Below, piece by piece: positions 1 through 8,876 of a DNA stretch of 19,461 bases. Positions within the stretch are counted from its first letter, which is position 1; every line of letters starts with the position of its first letter. The translations under genes and the position numbers were made by a program. Source of the DNA: Candidatus Firestoneibacteriota bacterium (GTDB lineage Bacteria > Oederibacteriota > D2-FULL-39-29 > JBDRBU01); NCBI GenBank assembly GCA_043822305.1, contig JBDRBU010000068.1, forward strand, positions 1 through 19,461. The letters run 5' to 3'. The notes beneath the pieces are model-generated. The model saw only the letters and a program-made list of their open reading frames with translations, had not been told where the DNA came from and did not search any database.

Positions 1-120
1 AAGATTTCATCTTATAGATTGAAGAAAGTCGAAGATCTATTAAACGATCGTCCAAGAGAAGTGCTTGATTGGCATACACCAAAAGAAGTATTTACTGAAA
101 CCGTTGCACTAGGGACTTGA
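1..120 (+). CDS. IS30-family transposase, C-terminal fragment (truncated by window start)
   Basis: Frame +1 translates KISSYRLKKVEDLLNDRPREVLDWHTPKEVFTETVALGT*. LNxRPR..L.(W/F).TP.E.F...VAL is the characteristic IS30 transposase C-terminus. Not in the ORF track. Confidence 0.85.
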   Translation, partial: KISSYRLKKVEDLLNDRPREVLDWHTPKEVFTETVALGT

Positions 121-127
121 ATGTAAG
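1..127 (+). mobile_element. Right end of an IS30-family insertion sequence; terminal inverted repeat at about 101-127
   Basis: GTTGCACTAGGGACTTGAATGTAAG overlaps the transposase stop codon, as in IS30-family right IRs (GTTGC..N..TTGAAT...). The exact last base is uncertain. Confidence 0.7.
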
Positions 128-166
128 CTGTCCCTATTTAAAATTTAAAAAATAAAAATTTTCTCC

Positions 167-195
167 TTGACATTAACAATATATAGTAGTATACT
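167..195 (+). promoter_or_regulatory. sigma70-type promoter of nrdJ
   Basis: Perfect TTGACA (167-172), 17-bp spacer, TATACT (190-195), preceded by an AT-rich tract. GGAG at 219-222 lies before the ATG at 232. Confidence 0.85.
174..189 (+). promoter_or_regulatory. NrdR box 1
   Basis: TAACAATATATAGTAG matches the NrdR consensus acaCwAtATaTwGtgt and lies in the -35/-10 spacer of an RNR promoter. Confidence 0.85.
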
Positions 196-204
196 CATAT
201 CATC

Positions 205-220
205 ACACAATATATGGTGG
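205..220 (+). promoter_or_regulatory. NrdR box 2
   Basis: ACACAATATATGGTGG, 31 bp downstream of box 1 (typical tandem NrdR spacing), abutting the RBS. Confidence 0.85.
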
Positions 221-231
221 AGTAATAATTT

Positions 232-2526
232 ATGATACAAGAAACTTTTTTAACAGAAAACACAAAAAAAGATATCCCCGTAGAAATTAAAAAAAGAAAT
301 TTACCCGAGTTAAAACTCTCGCCGAATTCCTTAATAGTTTTAAAAAAAAGATATCTGAAAAAAATAAGCGATACGGAAACAGAAAAACCCGAAGAAATGT
401 TCATGCGAATTGCTAAAAATATTGCAGAAGCAGAAAAGATTTATGACCCTTATATCCCCCAAGATAAGTATGAAAATATAATAGATGCATTTTATTCAAT
501 GATGGTAAATTTATACTTTCTGCCTAATTCTCCAACTTTAATGAACGCCGGCAGAGATTTACAACAACTTTCTGCTTGTTTTGTGCTTCCAGTAGAAGAT
601 AGTATGGAAGATATATTTAATACCGTTAGAGATGCAGCCCTTATACATAAAAGTGGTGGGGGAACGGGATTCTCTTTTTCAAGACTTCGTCAAAAAAACG
701 ATAGGGTTAAAACAACAGGTGGAGTTGCCAGTGGTCCTGTTTCCTTTATGAAAGTTTTTAATTCGGCAACAGAAGCAGTAAAACAAGGCGGGACAAGACG
801 CGGAGCGAACATGGGAATATTAAATATCGACCATCCGGACATCATAGAGTTTATTACCGTAAAAAACAACACCAAGGAGTTAAACAATTTTAATCTTTCT
901 GTGGCCATTACTGATAAGTTTATGGAGGCTGTCTTTAAAGATGAAGAGTATGAACTCATAAATCCACATAACAAACAAGTTGAAAAGAAAATGAAAGCAA
1001 GGGATGTATTTAATTTAATAGTTGACTCTGCCTGGAAAACAGGCGAACCCGGAGTAATATTCATTGATACAGTAAACAAGGACAATCCTACACCAGGTCT
1101 TGGGCGAATCGAAAGCACTAACCCTTGCGGCGAGCAACCTTTGCTTCCATATGAGGCCTGTAACTTAGGTTCCATTAATCTGGCAAAAATGATTAAAGTA
1201 ACCAATGGAAAGACAGAGACAGATTATCAATTATTAAAAGAAACGATTTATCTTGCCGTTAGATTCTTAGATAATGTTATAGATATGAATAAGTATCCAC
1301 TCCCTGAAATAGACGCTATGGCTAAAGGAAATAGAAAAATAGGGCTTGGTGTTATGGGATTTGCAGATATGTTGGTTTTGGTAGGAATACCATATAATTC
1401 TAATGACGCCATAAAAACAGCAGAAAGAGTTATGAGATTCATAGATGAAGAGTCAAAGAAAGCCTCTTCTAATTTAGCAAAAGAAAGAGGTCCTTTTACT
1501 AATTTTGAAAAAAGCATTTACAATGGATATACTCATGTTAGAAATTCCACGACAACAACGATTGCTCCCACTGGGACACTTTCAATAATTGCAAATGTAA
1601 GCAGTGGTGTTGAGCCTTTATTTGCAATTTCTTACATAAGAACTGTAATGGATAATACAAAGATGCTTGAAGTTAATCATTACTTTGAAAAAGTTGCAAA
1701 AGGAATGGGTTTCTATAATGAACCATTACTAAAGGAAATTGCAGAAAAAAATTCCTTAAAAGATATAAAAGATATCCCGGATGATATAAAAAAAGTTTTC
1801 GTAACAGCACATGATATATCGCCGGAATGGCATGTAAAAATGCAAGCGGCTTTTCAAAAATTTACTGATAATGCTGTATCAAAAACAATAAATTTTTCTA
1901 AAGACGCAACAAAAGAAGATATAAAAATGGCATATATCTTAGCCTATAAGGAGGGCTGTAAAGGTTTAGCCGTATATAGAGATGGGAGTCGTGAAGAACA
2001 GGTACTAAGCACTGGAACTACTAAATCAAAAACTGAAACAGGTTCACAAAAAATCACACCAAGATCAAGACCTTCAGTAACCACAGGTAGAACTCAAAAA
2101 ATTAGTACTGGTTGTGGAAATCTGTATGTAACTATAAACGAAGATGAAAATGGGCCGTGTGAAGTATTTGCTCAAATGGGAAAATCAGGTGGATGTGCTG
2201 CTTCACAGTCTGAAGCAACCAGTAGATTAATTTCTTTATCTCTTCGCTCTGGTATAGATATAGAAGCAGTATTAAAACAGTTAAAAGGTATTCGTTGTCC
2301 TTCGCCATTATGGGATAAAGGAAATATGGTTCTTTCCTGCCCTGATGCCATAGCCAAAGCCATAGAAAACTATTTACAAAACGGCTCAACTCCTAAGAAA
2401 AAGGGTGGAAATGGTAATTCTTCTACTAAAAACCTTGCCGGAATGTGCCCCGAATGTGGTAATGTTTTAGAATATGTAGAAGATTGTGTGCTTTGTAGAT
2501 TCTGTGGCTATTCAAAGTGTGGGTAA
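232..2526 (+). CDS. nrdJ: Class II adenosylcobalamin-dependent ribonucleotide reductase with C-terminal TSCPD-type domain and Zn ribbon
   Basis: Motifs [57 protein letters not shown] and VYRDGSR. C-terminal SCPDAIA and CPECG...C..CGYSKC. No ATP-cone or intein visible. Confidence 0.95.
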   Translation: MIQETFLTENTKKDIPVEIKKRNLPELKLSPNSLIVLKKRYLKKISDTETEKPEEMFMRIAKNIAEAEKIYDPYIPQDKYENIIDAFYSMMVNLYFLPNSPTLMNAGRDLQQLSACFVLPVEDSMEDIFNTVRDAALIHKSGGGTGFSFSRLRQKNDRVKTTGGVASGPVSFMKVFNSATEAVKQGGTRRGANMGILNIDHPDIIEFITVKNNTKELNNFNLSVAITDKFMEAVFKDEEYELINPHNKQVEKKMKARDVFNLIVDSAWKTGEPGVIFIDTVNKDNPTPGLGRIESTNPCGEQPLLPYEACNLGSINLAKMIKVTNGKTETDYQLLKETIYLAVRFLDNVIDMNKYPLPEIDAMAKGNRKIGLGVMGFADMLVLVGIPYNSNDAIKTAERVMRFIDEESKKASSNLAKERGPFTNFEKSIYNGYTHVRNSTTTTIAPTGTLSIIANVSSGVEPLFAISYIRTVMDNTKMLEVNHYFEKVAKGMGFYNEPLLKEIAEKNSLKDIKDIPDDIKKVFVTAHDISPEWHVKMQAAFQKFTDNAVSKTINFSKDATKEDIKMAYILAYKEGCKGLAVYRDGSREEQVLSTGTTKSKTETGSQKITPRSRPSVTTGRTQKISTGCGNLYVTINEDENGPCEVFAQMGKSGGCAASQSEATSRLISLSLRSGIDIEAVLKQLKGIRCPSPLWDKGNMVLSCPDAIAKAIENYLQNGSTPKKKGGNGNSSTKNLAGMCPECGNVLEYVEDCVLCRFCGYSKCG

Positions 2527-2529
2527 AAC

Positions 2530-3606
2530 TTACGGAATAAGTTCTTTTACTTTTTTCTCATCAAGAACTTTTACAGTTTCTAAGATTAGTTTTAGCGTAT
2601 TTTCATAATCATCTGTATTAATTATACCTGCCTGGCTATGAATATATCTTGTCGGAACGCCAATATAAATACATGGAACCCCTCTGGTGTGAAGGTGTAT
2701 AACACCACCATCTGTAGCACCCCTATTTACTGAAGTAAATTGAAAAGGTATTTTCTTTTTTTTCGCAATATCAACTACCAGATCTCTTAATTTTAAATTT
2801 GGAATCATCCCGGCATCAAGAATAGTGATTTGCGGACCTTTTCCTAATTTTCCAACAACTTCTTCTTGTTTTACACCAGGAACATCAGTGGCTAGACCAA
2901 CTTCAGCAATAATGGCCACATCCGGCTCAACCACCCATGAAGATGTCCTTGCTCCTCTTAATCCTACTTCTTCCTGAACTGTGCCTACTCCGTAAACAGT
3001 ATTAGGATGTTTTGTTTTTTGTAATTCTTTTATAACATCTATAAATAATGCACATCCTACTCTATCATCCCATGCTTTTGCCAATAAATTTTTCTTATTT
3101 CCCATTTCTTTAAATTCTGAAAATGGAACTATAGGGTCACCTGGCTTTATTCCAAAATCCTCTTCTACTTCCTTTTTAGAACTTGCACCGACATCTATAA
3201 ACATATCCTTGATTTCTACAACTTTCTTTTTTTCCTCTTCGGTTAAGATATGTGGAGGTTTTGAGCCAACTATTCCAGTATAATCCCCTTTAGAAGATTT
3301 AATAATTACTCTTTGAGAAAGAATAACCTGGGCAAACCACCCGCCTAAAGGTAAAAATTTTATAAATCCATCATCAGTAATAAACCTGACCATAAATCCA
3401 ACCTCATCCATATGACCGGGGATCATTATTTTAGGACTTGCTGAATCTCCTTCTTTTTTAAATATAATACTTCCGATTTTATCATATGAAATATCAGCCA
3501 GACCTTTAAGATGTTTTTTTAAAACATTCTTCACTTCTGTTTCGTATCCAGACACCCCTCCTATTTCTGTTAATTCTTTTAACAACTGTAATCTTTCTTT
3601 ATTCAT
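2530..3606 (-). CDS. M42-family metallo-aminopeptidase (FrvX/YsdC/TET-like)
   Basis: GVSGYE, GHMDEVG, KPPH, DMFIDVGA, KAWDDRVG, QEEVGLRGA, TDGG, PTRYIHS. Confidence 0.93.
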   Translation of the reverse strand: MNKERLQLLKELTEIGGVSGYETEVKNVLKKHLKGLADISYDKIGSIIFKKEGDSASPKIMIPGHMDEVGFMVRFITDDGFIKFLPLGGWFAQVILSQRVIIKSSKGDYTGIVGSKPPHILTEEEKKKVVEIKDMFIDVGASSKKEVEEDFGIKPGDPIVPFSEFKEMGNKKNLLAKAWDDRVGCALFIDVIKELQKTKHPNTVYGVGTVQEEVGLRGARTSSWVVEPDVAIIAEVGLATDVPGVKQEEVVGKLGKGPQITILDAGMIPNLKLRDLVVDIAKKKKIPFQFTSVNRGATDGGVIHLHTRGVPCIYIGVPTRYIHSQAGIINTDDYENTLKLILETVKVLDEKKVKELIP

Positions 3607-3621
3607 AAATTTTACATCCTC

Positions 3622-4353
3622 TTAACAAATAGTAATTTTCATTAGTAATCCAATAATCAGTGAGGAAATTACTATAATCCTAAAATTTAATACTTCTAAC
3701 TTCCCTTTTCTAACTAAAAAAGCAAGATATAAAATTACCAATACTGCCGGTATATACCATAAACCGCCTCTAAATATAAAAATTCCTATTAACCCTCTTT
3801 CTAAAATTTCAATATATTTTAAAGGTAAAGTTGGAAAAGTTATCCCTTCTTTGGTATCTTTGGCAATTATTTTTTTAATATACTCTTGAAGTATTGACAT
3901 ACTGTAGGTTAAGACTATAAACCAAATAGCAAAAACCATAATCCTATCATTCTTATAAATTTTATCAAATATTTGAGGACCGGGGTAAGTGTATGGATGA
4001 ATATTGGAAAAAATATTGGATGCACTAAAACTAACTAAAACAATAACTCCTATATGCAATAATTGATCTAGTAAAAAAGTCCAAAGGTTATTCCTTTCCA
4101 TCTGTAAATTATATATAATTTTCGCCTTATCTTGAAATATATGAATAAGCCATAATAAAATTATATAGGTGACAATCTGATGTTGAGAAACATATGGTAA
4201 AATAAAAATAATACTAATTATTCCAACAATACTTCCGTGCAACAAAACTCCCCATTTATATTTAACTTTTATCTTAAAAACTTTATCTGTTTGTAGTAAA
4301 AAATCTGCTATTAAATGTGCAAGAACTAATCTAATAAAAAAGAAGATAAACAT
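3622..4353 (-). CDS. DUF3307-like integral membrane protein
   Basis: LAHLIADFLLQT, LLHG and DQLLH motifs; several TM segments. Start moved to the ATG at 4353 because the track's GTG at 4359 overlaps the AGGAGG SD. Confidence 0.75.
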   Translation of the reverse strand: MFIFFFIRLVLAHLIADFLLQTDKVFKIKVKYKWGVLLHGSIVGIISIIFILPYVSQHQIVTYIILLWLIHIFQDKAKIIYNLQMERNNLWTFLLDQLLHIGVIVLVSFSASNIFSNIHPYTYPGPQIFDKIYKNDRIMVFAIWFIVLTYSMSILQEYIKKIIAKDTKEGITFPTLPLKYIEILERGLIGIFIFRGGLWYIPAVLVILYLAFLVRKGKLEVLNFRIIVISSLIIGLLMKITIC

Positions 4354-4362
4354 CTTCACCTC

Positions 4363-5040
4363 CTATGGGGACACAATACCTATTTTACTGGGTTTGCGAC
4401 CCACCTTTTGAGGACAAAACACGCGACCAAGAGTTACTTCCAATCTGGCTATAAATGATGCATCTCCCAAAGGACGACCTGTCCGCGAATGACAACGAAT
4501 TTGCTCTAACTCCTCTTTTTTCATTCCTCCTAGTAAGAATTCTTTCCAATCCCCAACCATCTCAAGCAATACTTGAACTCTTGCTAATCGGTCATCCTTT
4601 CCATTTATATGTGCATACGCACTCGACCAAGCATACTCCCATGGCTCTGATACCATCTTAGCTCGTAATGGATTTAACTCAATATACCGCACTGCAGATA
4701 TCAAATATCTTTCGTCCATCGGATACGAAGCAAACCTCCCCTGCCACAGATACCCTCGCCACCCTTCACGGAAATTTATCATCCGTGTATAGCGACGGTG
4801 TGCTTCACCTATTCCACGAGATAGACTTTCTTCTGTTTCCGGTACCGCAATCAGATGTACATGATTAGGCATGAGACAATACGCCCATATTTGTACTTTA
4901 CACCTATCACACCATTCCCTCAAGAGAAGAATATATCTTTCGTAATCACTTTCCTGAAAAAATACATCCTGACGACGGTTACCTCGCTGAGTTATATGAT
5001 GTGGTAACCCTGGTACTACTACACGTGCTATCCGAGCCAT
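4363..5040 (-). CDS. REP-associated tyrosine transposase (RAYT/TnpA-REP, Y1 HUH, IS200-like fold)
   Basis: MARIAR...PHHITQRGNRRQDVF, AYCLMPNHVHL (HUH), G.LWQGRF, RYIELNP (catalytic Tyr), Y.WSS. Visibly more GC-rich than its neighbours. Confidence 0.92.
   Translation of the reverse strand: MARIARVVVPGLPHHITQRGNRRQDVFFQESDYERYILLLREWCDRCKVQIWAYCLMPNHVHLIAVPETEESLSRGIGEAHRRYTRMINFREGWRGYLWQGRFASYPMDERYLISAVRYIELNPLRAKMVSEPWEYAWSSAYAHINGKDDRLARVQVLLEMVGDWKEFLLGGMKKEELEQIRCHSRTGRPLGDASFIARLEVTLGRVFCPQKVGRKPSKIGIVSP
4365..4386. repeat. GGGACACA-core REP-like repeat, copy at the RAYT 3' end
   Basis: ATGGGGACACAATACCTATTTT. GGGACACAATAC (4368-4379) is the exact inverse of 5097-5108. Encodes the RAYT C-terminus KIGIVSP. 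Confidence 0.75.
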
Positions 5041-5046
5041 ACACTT

Positions 5047-5076
5047 ATTTTATCACATCCTCATCTATTTTATCAA
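5047..5076 (-). promoter_or_regulatory. Putative promoter for a leaderless RAYT transcript
   Basis: Minus strand: TTGATA (5076-5071), 18-bp spacer, extended -10 TGaTAAAAT (hexamer 5052-5047), then only 6 nt to the ATG. No SD near the start. Confidence 0.55.
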
Positions 5077-5079
5077 GCA

Positions 5080-7071
5080 TTAATAATTAGTAATTAGTAT
5101 TGTGTCCCTAAAATAATGTTGTAATATCTCTTTATAACTATAACCTTTTTTTGCCAGGCCAACTGATCCGGATTGGCATAAGCCAACACCGTGACCCCAA
5201 CCACAACCATATATAAAGTTTTTTTCTATTTTAAAAAAATTACTTCTTAATCCAGGCAAAATTCCTCTTATTTTATCTCCAACAATCTTCTTGCCATCTA
5301 CTATAACTTCTTTAACATATCCATTACTATCTCTTTTTGATATTTGTACATTATTTATATCTTCTATTATTTTAAACCATCTAAAATTACTATCGTTACT
5401 GCAAAATGCTACTGGTTCAAGTTTAATCCATTTTTCCAATTTTTCCGGAGTTAATGGCCAATTATATTCTAAATTTTCAGATTCTGGAATATAATCTGCA
5501 ATACTTTTTAAATTAGTATTAACATTTCCACCCCAGGCATCTTCAACATTACATGTTATTCCCCCACAACAGGAGAAGAAAAAAGTATTTATTACTTTAT
5601 CATTACAACTTAAAACTTCACCCCTTGTGGCATCTACTGCAAAAGTAGTATTTTTATGTTCTGAAAAAACACCATTATAGGCCAGACAATGAACATCACT
5701 ACACACCTGGAAATTCTCATGTCTCTTTTTTAACATTTTATTTAATACATAACTTCTGGCCACTACTGCTTGGGCTTTTAAACTTTCTATCTCGGCTAAG
5801 GCACTAATTTCAGAAGGTACAACACTATACAAATATTCTTCTAGATTAATATTATTTATTACAGTCAAACCATCTTCTAATAGTATTTCAAGGGAGCCTC
5901 TAAAACTTCTATCCAAATTTTTTACCCAAAAATATCCCTTATTTAAGGTAACATCATATATGGTAAAAGTTGCTTCCCTATTATCACCCTTTAAAATTAT
6001 ATTTAAGCCCTTAGACAAAACAAGTTCTAATATTATTTTATCATTTTTATCTTTAATTGTAAAATCTTTTTTACTCTTTTCAAATTTTATTTCTTCATCT
6101 CGTGGAATCTCTTTTATTATTTCATTATTCTTTAATATGTAAAATTTACCTGCACATTTTAATCTTAAGATATTTACATTGCTAACTAATCCTACTTTTA
6201 CAACAGGTATCCCTTCCGGTTTTAAAACGCAAGAAACTAAAGGCGATTTTGTAACTTTTCTAACTCCCTCCTTTTTTTCTTCTTCTTTTTTTACATATTC
6301 AGCAATTTTGCTGGCGGTATCTTTTAACTTTTTCTGCAATTCTTTATTTTTTGGTTCAATTAATGAAACCTTCTTATAATACTCATAAGATTCCTGTAAT
6401 AACTTTTTTCTTTCATAAAGATCAGCTAAAAGAAGATATGCATTGTAAAGACTTGAATCTGCCTTTACTGCTTTTTGATAATTATTTACAGATTTGTCTA
6501 ACTCCCCAAGTTTCTCATAAACCTGTCCTAACTTAAAATACGCTTGAGCAAATCTTGGTTTTATATTTAAAGTTTCATTAAATTCAGAGATCGCTTCAAT
6601 AAATCTTTCTTCCTTCAACAAAGAGCATCCTAATCCAAAATGCGTATATAAAAGAATAATATTTGATTCAACAAAGTTCTTTTTTTTTAAAACTTCATTG
6701 AATAAGATTATTGCTTTACTACTACGACCAACATAATAATAACAAAAAGCTAAATTATTCAATCTAAACAAATCTTCTTTTATCTTTAAAGAACTCTCAT
6801 ACGCAACAATAGCTTCGTTTAATCTTCCCGTATCTTTATAAAGAGTTGCAAGATTTGCATAAACTTCATCTGAAGTATAAATGGAAAGCGACTCTATATA
6901 TTTTTCTTCAGCAGACTTAAAATCACCTTCATAGTAATATTTATTACCTTCATCAAATAAGGTTTTAAACTTTTCTTCCGGCTTTATTTCTTTTCTTATA
7001 ACCTCTTTTGGGGCACAAGAGAAAAATAAAACAATAATAAAAACAGGGACACATCCCATTTTTAGGTTCAT
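5080..7071 (-). CDS. SpoIID/LytB-domain lipoprotein with N-terminal TPR repeats (putative peptidoglycan lytic transglycosylase)
   Basis: Lipobox-like LFFSC and TPR-like helices at about aa 35-245. SpoIID motifs LEEYLYSVVPSE, LKAQAVVARSY, C..VHC..Y.G, AVDATRG, FFSCCGG, GWGHGVGLCQ and EILQHYF. Start overlaps the tonB stop (ATGA). Confidence 0.9.
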   Translation of the reverse strand: MNLKMGCVPVFIIVLFFSCAPKEVIRKEIKPEEKFKTLFDEGNKYYYEGDFKSAEEKYIESLSIYTSDEVYANLATLYKDTGRLNEAIVAYESSLKIKEDLFRLNNLAFCYYYVGRSSKAIILFNEVLKKKNFVESNIILLYTHFGLGCSLLKEERFIEAISEFNETLNIKPRFAQAYFKLGQVYEKLGELDKSVNNYQKAVKADSSLYNAYLLLADLYERKKLLQESYEYYKKVSLIEPKNKELQKKLKDTASKIAEYVKKEEEKKEGVRKVTKSPLVSCVLKPEGIPVVKVGLVSNVNILRLKCAGKFYILKNNEIIKEIPRDEEIKFEKSKKDFTIKDKNDKIILELVLSKGLNIILKGDNREATFTIYDVTLNKGYFWVKNLDRSFRGSLEILLEDGLTVINNINLEEYLYSVVPSEISALAEIESLKAQAVVARSYVLNKMLKKRHENFQVCSDVHCLAYNGVFSEHKNTTFAVDATRGEVLSCNDKVINTFFFSCCGGITCNVEDAWGGNVNTNLKSIADYIPESENLEYNWPLTPEKLEKWIKLEPVAFCSNDSNFRWFKIIEDINNVQISKRDSNGYVKEVIVDGKKIVGDKIRGILPGLRSNFFKIEKNFIYGCGWGHGVGLCQSGSVGLAKKGYSYKEILQHYFRDTILITNY
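5091..5114. repeat. GGGACACA-core REP-like repeat, inverted copy upstream of RAYT, inside the 3' end of the SpoIID/LytB gene
   Basis: TAATTAGTATTGTGTCCCTAAAAT, containing a 12-bp perfect inverted repeat of 4368-4379. Confidence 0.75.
7039..7063. repeat. GGGACACA-core palindromic repeat in the signal-peptide coding region
   Basis: AAAAACAGGGACACATCCCATTTTT, with stem GGGA/TCCC and A5/T5 arms. 17 bp (7046-7062) are identical to 13260-13276. Confidence 0.8.
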
Positions 7072-7796
7072 TTCTTTAAATTAAACTTAAATGTTATTTT
7101 TCCTTCCTGGTCTATTTGTTTGGCTGACATAGGCAAAGAATCAAATTTCCATCTTCTCATACAATCTATAACAAGTTGGTCTAATTCTTTAAATCCACAT
7201 GTCCTAATCACAAATATGTCTTTAACATCGCCTTTAGGGTCTACCGTGATTTGGACACAAATTTCACCTTCTATGCCTTTTCTTCTTGCCCATTCTGGAT
7301 ATTCTGGTGCATCGTGATAAAGTATTCCACGGGAAGCTATTGGTCCTGTAACATTATAATTGCCATCGGGGCTCCCTGGTTTTTCGTTATCTTCGCCAAA
7401 CCCTCCACCTAATATAGGACCCTCTACTAATCTTCCAGAAGTTTTTAAAGAAGGCTCATCAACTCCTATTGGTGTAGTTTTTCTTATTTTTAAAATATCA
7501 TCTTCAGTTTTTGGAATTATCCTTACAGGTAGAACAACAACTTTATTTTCTTTAATATTCTTTTCTCCCTTTTTGGGAGAAATTACTCCTGTTTTTCCAC
7601 CTTCGTTACTAACCATTTCACCTTTTTGTCCAAGTCCTTGGCCATATGGCATCTCTCCTATGAAAGTAATTTCTGTAAGATACACTGTCTTCCCTATAAA
7701 CTGTGCCACATATAAACAAGAGAAGAGCAGTAATCCAATAAAATGGATTATTATTGAGATGAATATTGTATATTTTAAATCCCCATTTTTTTGCAT
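7068..7796 (-). CDS. tonB: TonB-family energy transducer
   Basis: N-terminal TM with SxxxH (SIIIH), Gly/Lys-rich linker, and TonB_C domain PEYPEWARRKGIEG.I.V.I.VD..G.V....V....G...LD......RWKF. Confidence 0.85.
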   Translation of the reverse strand: MQKNGDLKYTIFISIIIHFIGLLLFSCLYVAQFIGKTVYLTEITFIGEMPYGQGLGQKGEMVSNEGGKTGVISPKKGEKNIKENKVVVLPVRIIPKTEDDILKIRKTTPIGVDEPSLKTSGRLVEGPILGGGFGEDNEKPGSPDGNYNVTGPIASRGILYHDAPEYPEWARRKGIEGEICVQITVDPKGDVKDIFVIRTCGFKELDQLVIDCMRRWKFDSLPMSAKQIDQEGKITFKFNLKK

Positions 7797-7797
7797 A

Positions 7798-8208
7798 TCA
7801 TTTTTGTTCTATCTTTTCTGCCGCAATGGCTAGTTTCAGTGCCCCTGATTTTTTTGCAATATCAAGCACTTTAACTACATAACCATGTAATACTCCTTTG
7901 TCAGCATTTAATATAACGAGTTTATCCTTTTCATGTTTCAACAAGTCTTCTAAGTATGGCTGTAAACTACTAATATTAACTTCTTTGTCATTTACATATA
8001 TTTTATTATCTACTGTCATGGAAATTGCTATATTTCTTTGTGGAGTGGTATCGGCTGTAGTAGCCGTGGGTAATTTAACCTTAATCCCTCCTTGCAAGAT
8101 CAATGGAGTTGTGACCATAAATATTATAAGTAAAACCAAAGCAACATCTGTTAAGGGAGTAACATTTATATCGGATATTAACTTGTCTTCAGGTTTATAT
8201 CTTCTCAT
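7798..8208 (-). CDS. exbD: ExbD/TolR biopolymer transport protein
   Basis: INVTPLTDVALVLLIIFMV (conserved TM Asp), V.LP.A, ADK.V.HG.VV.VLD..K.SG. Confidence 0.92.
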   Translation of the reverse strand: MRRYKPEDKLISDINVTPLTDVALVLLIIFMVTTPLILQGGIKVKLPTATTADTTPQRNIAISMTVDNKIYVNDKEVNISSLQPYLEDLLKHEKDKLVILNADKGVLHGYVVKVLDIAKKSGALKLAIAAEKIEQK

Positions 8209-8214
8209 AGCCCC

Positions 8215-8862
8215 TCACTTTTTGATTAACTCTATAAGCTCAGAAGCACTATCTTCAAAAAGAACTAATAACTTTTTTATGCTTCTTAAAAAATAATTAT
8301 AAAAAACAACAGCTGTAATGGCCACAAATAATCCAGCAGCCGTATTTACTAATGCTTCAGCGATTCCGCTGGCCACGACTGAAGGACCTGCTGCGGATTC
8401 AATAGCTAATGACTGGAAAGCATGCATTATCCCAAGTACTGTCCCAAACAATCCAACATATAAAGAGATATTCCCTATAGTTCCCAGAATCCCTAAATAT
8501 TTTTCAAGCCCTATCATCTCTTTATCAATTGTTCTCATGGCTAATTCTGATAAATCATTTTTATCTTTACTATGCGAAAAAAGTATAATTTTAAAAACAT
8601 TTGTAAGTGGGCAGGTTACTTTAAAGAATAGCCAGTTAACCGAAAATCTTTCACAGTAACTTATAGCATCAGAAATTTTCCCTGACAAAACCAAATTCCT
8701 GACTTTGTTTTTTACTTCTTCTAATAATTTTAAACGAACCCCATAAAATGTCTTCAGCCTTTCCAAAAACACGGCTACAGAAAGCACTGAAAATATAATC
8801 AGCACTATTATCGTATAACCGCCTTTCTCAAGTATCCTTAAAAAACTTAAATCAGTAAACAT
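8215..8862 (-). CDS. exbB: MotA/TolQ/ExbB proton channel protein
   Basis: LGTIG...GLFGTVLGIM.AF, GIAEAL..TA.GL.VAI, FYNYF. Strong AAGGAGG SD. Confidence 0.92.
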   Translation of the reverse strand: MFTDLSFLRILEKGGYTIIVLIIFSVLSVAVFLERLKTFYGVRLKLLEEVKNKVRNLVLSGKISDAISYCERFSVNWLFFKVTCPLTNVFKIILFSHSKDKNDLSELAMRTIDKEMIGLEKYLGILGTIGNISLYVGLFGTVLGIMHAFQSLAIESAAGPSVVASGIAEALVNTAAGLFVAITAVVFYNYFLRSIKKLLVLFEDSASELIELIKK

Positions 8863-8876
8863 ATTTTACCTCCTTT

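Noticed and set aside
195..2389. Antisense ORFs within nrdJ (195-404, 690-1205, 1248-1517, 2132-2389, 2172-2363)
   Set aside because: Shadows of a well-supported gene, with no motifs.
232..2526. Intein or intron in nrdJ, or an upstream cobalamin riboswitch
   Set aside because: Catalytic motifs are contiguous and the length is normal; the leader is only about 30 nt.
5080..7071. Sporulation role for the SpoIID-domain gene
   Set aside because: The TPR-lipoprotein architecture and outer-membrane context match LytB-like homologues of non-sporulating bacteria; no other spo genes are present.
789..8446. Other GGGAC/GTCCC matches (about 790, 1574, 8441)
   Set aside because: They fall in conserved protein motifs (GGTR, PTGT, FGTV) and lack flanking palindromic arms.
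7068..8862. Canonical tolQRA (Tol-Pal) assignment
   Set aside because: The transducer has a TonB_C-type domain and no long helical TolA linker; no tolB or pal is adjacent.
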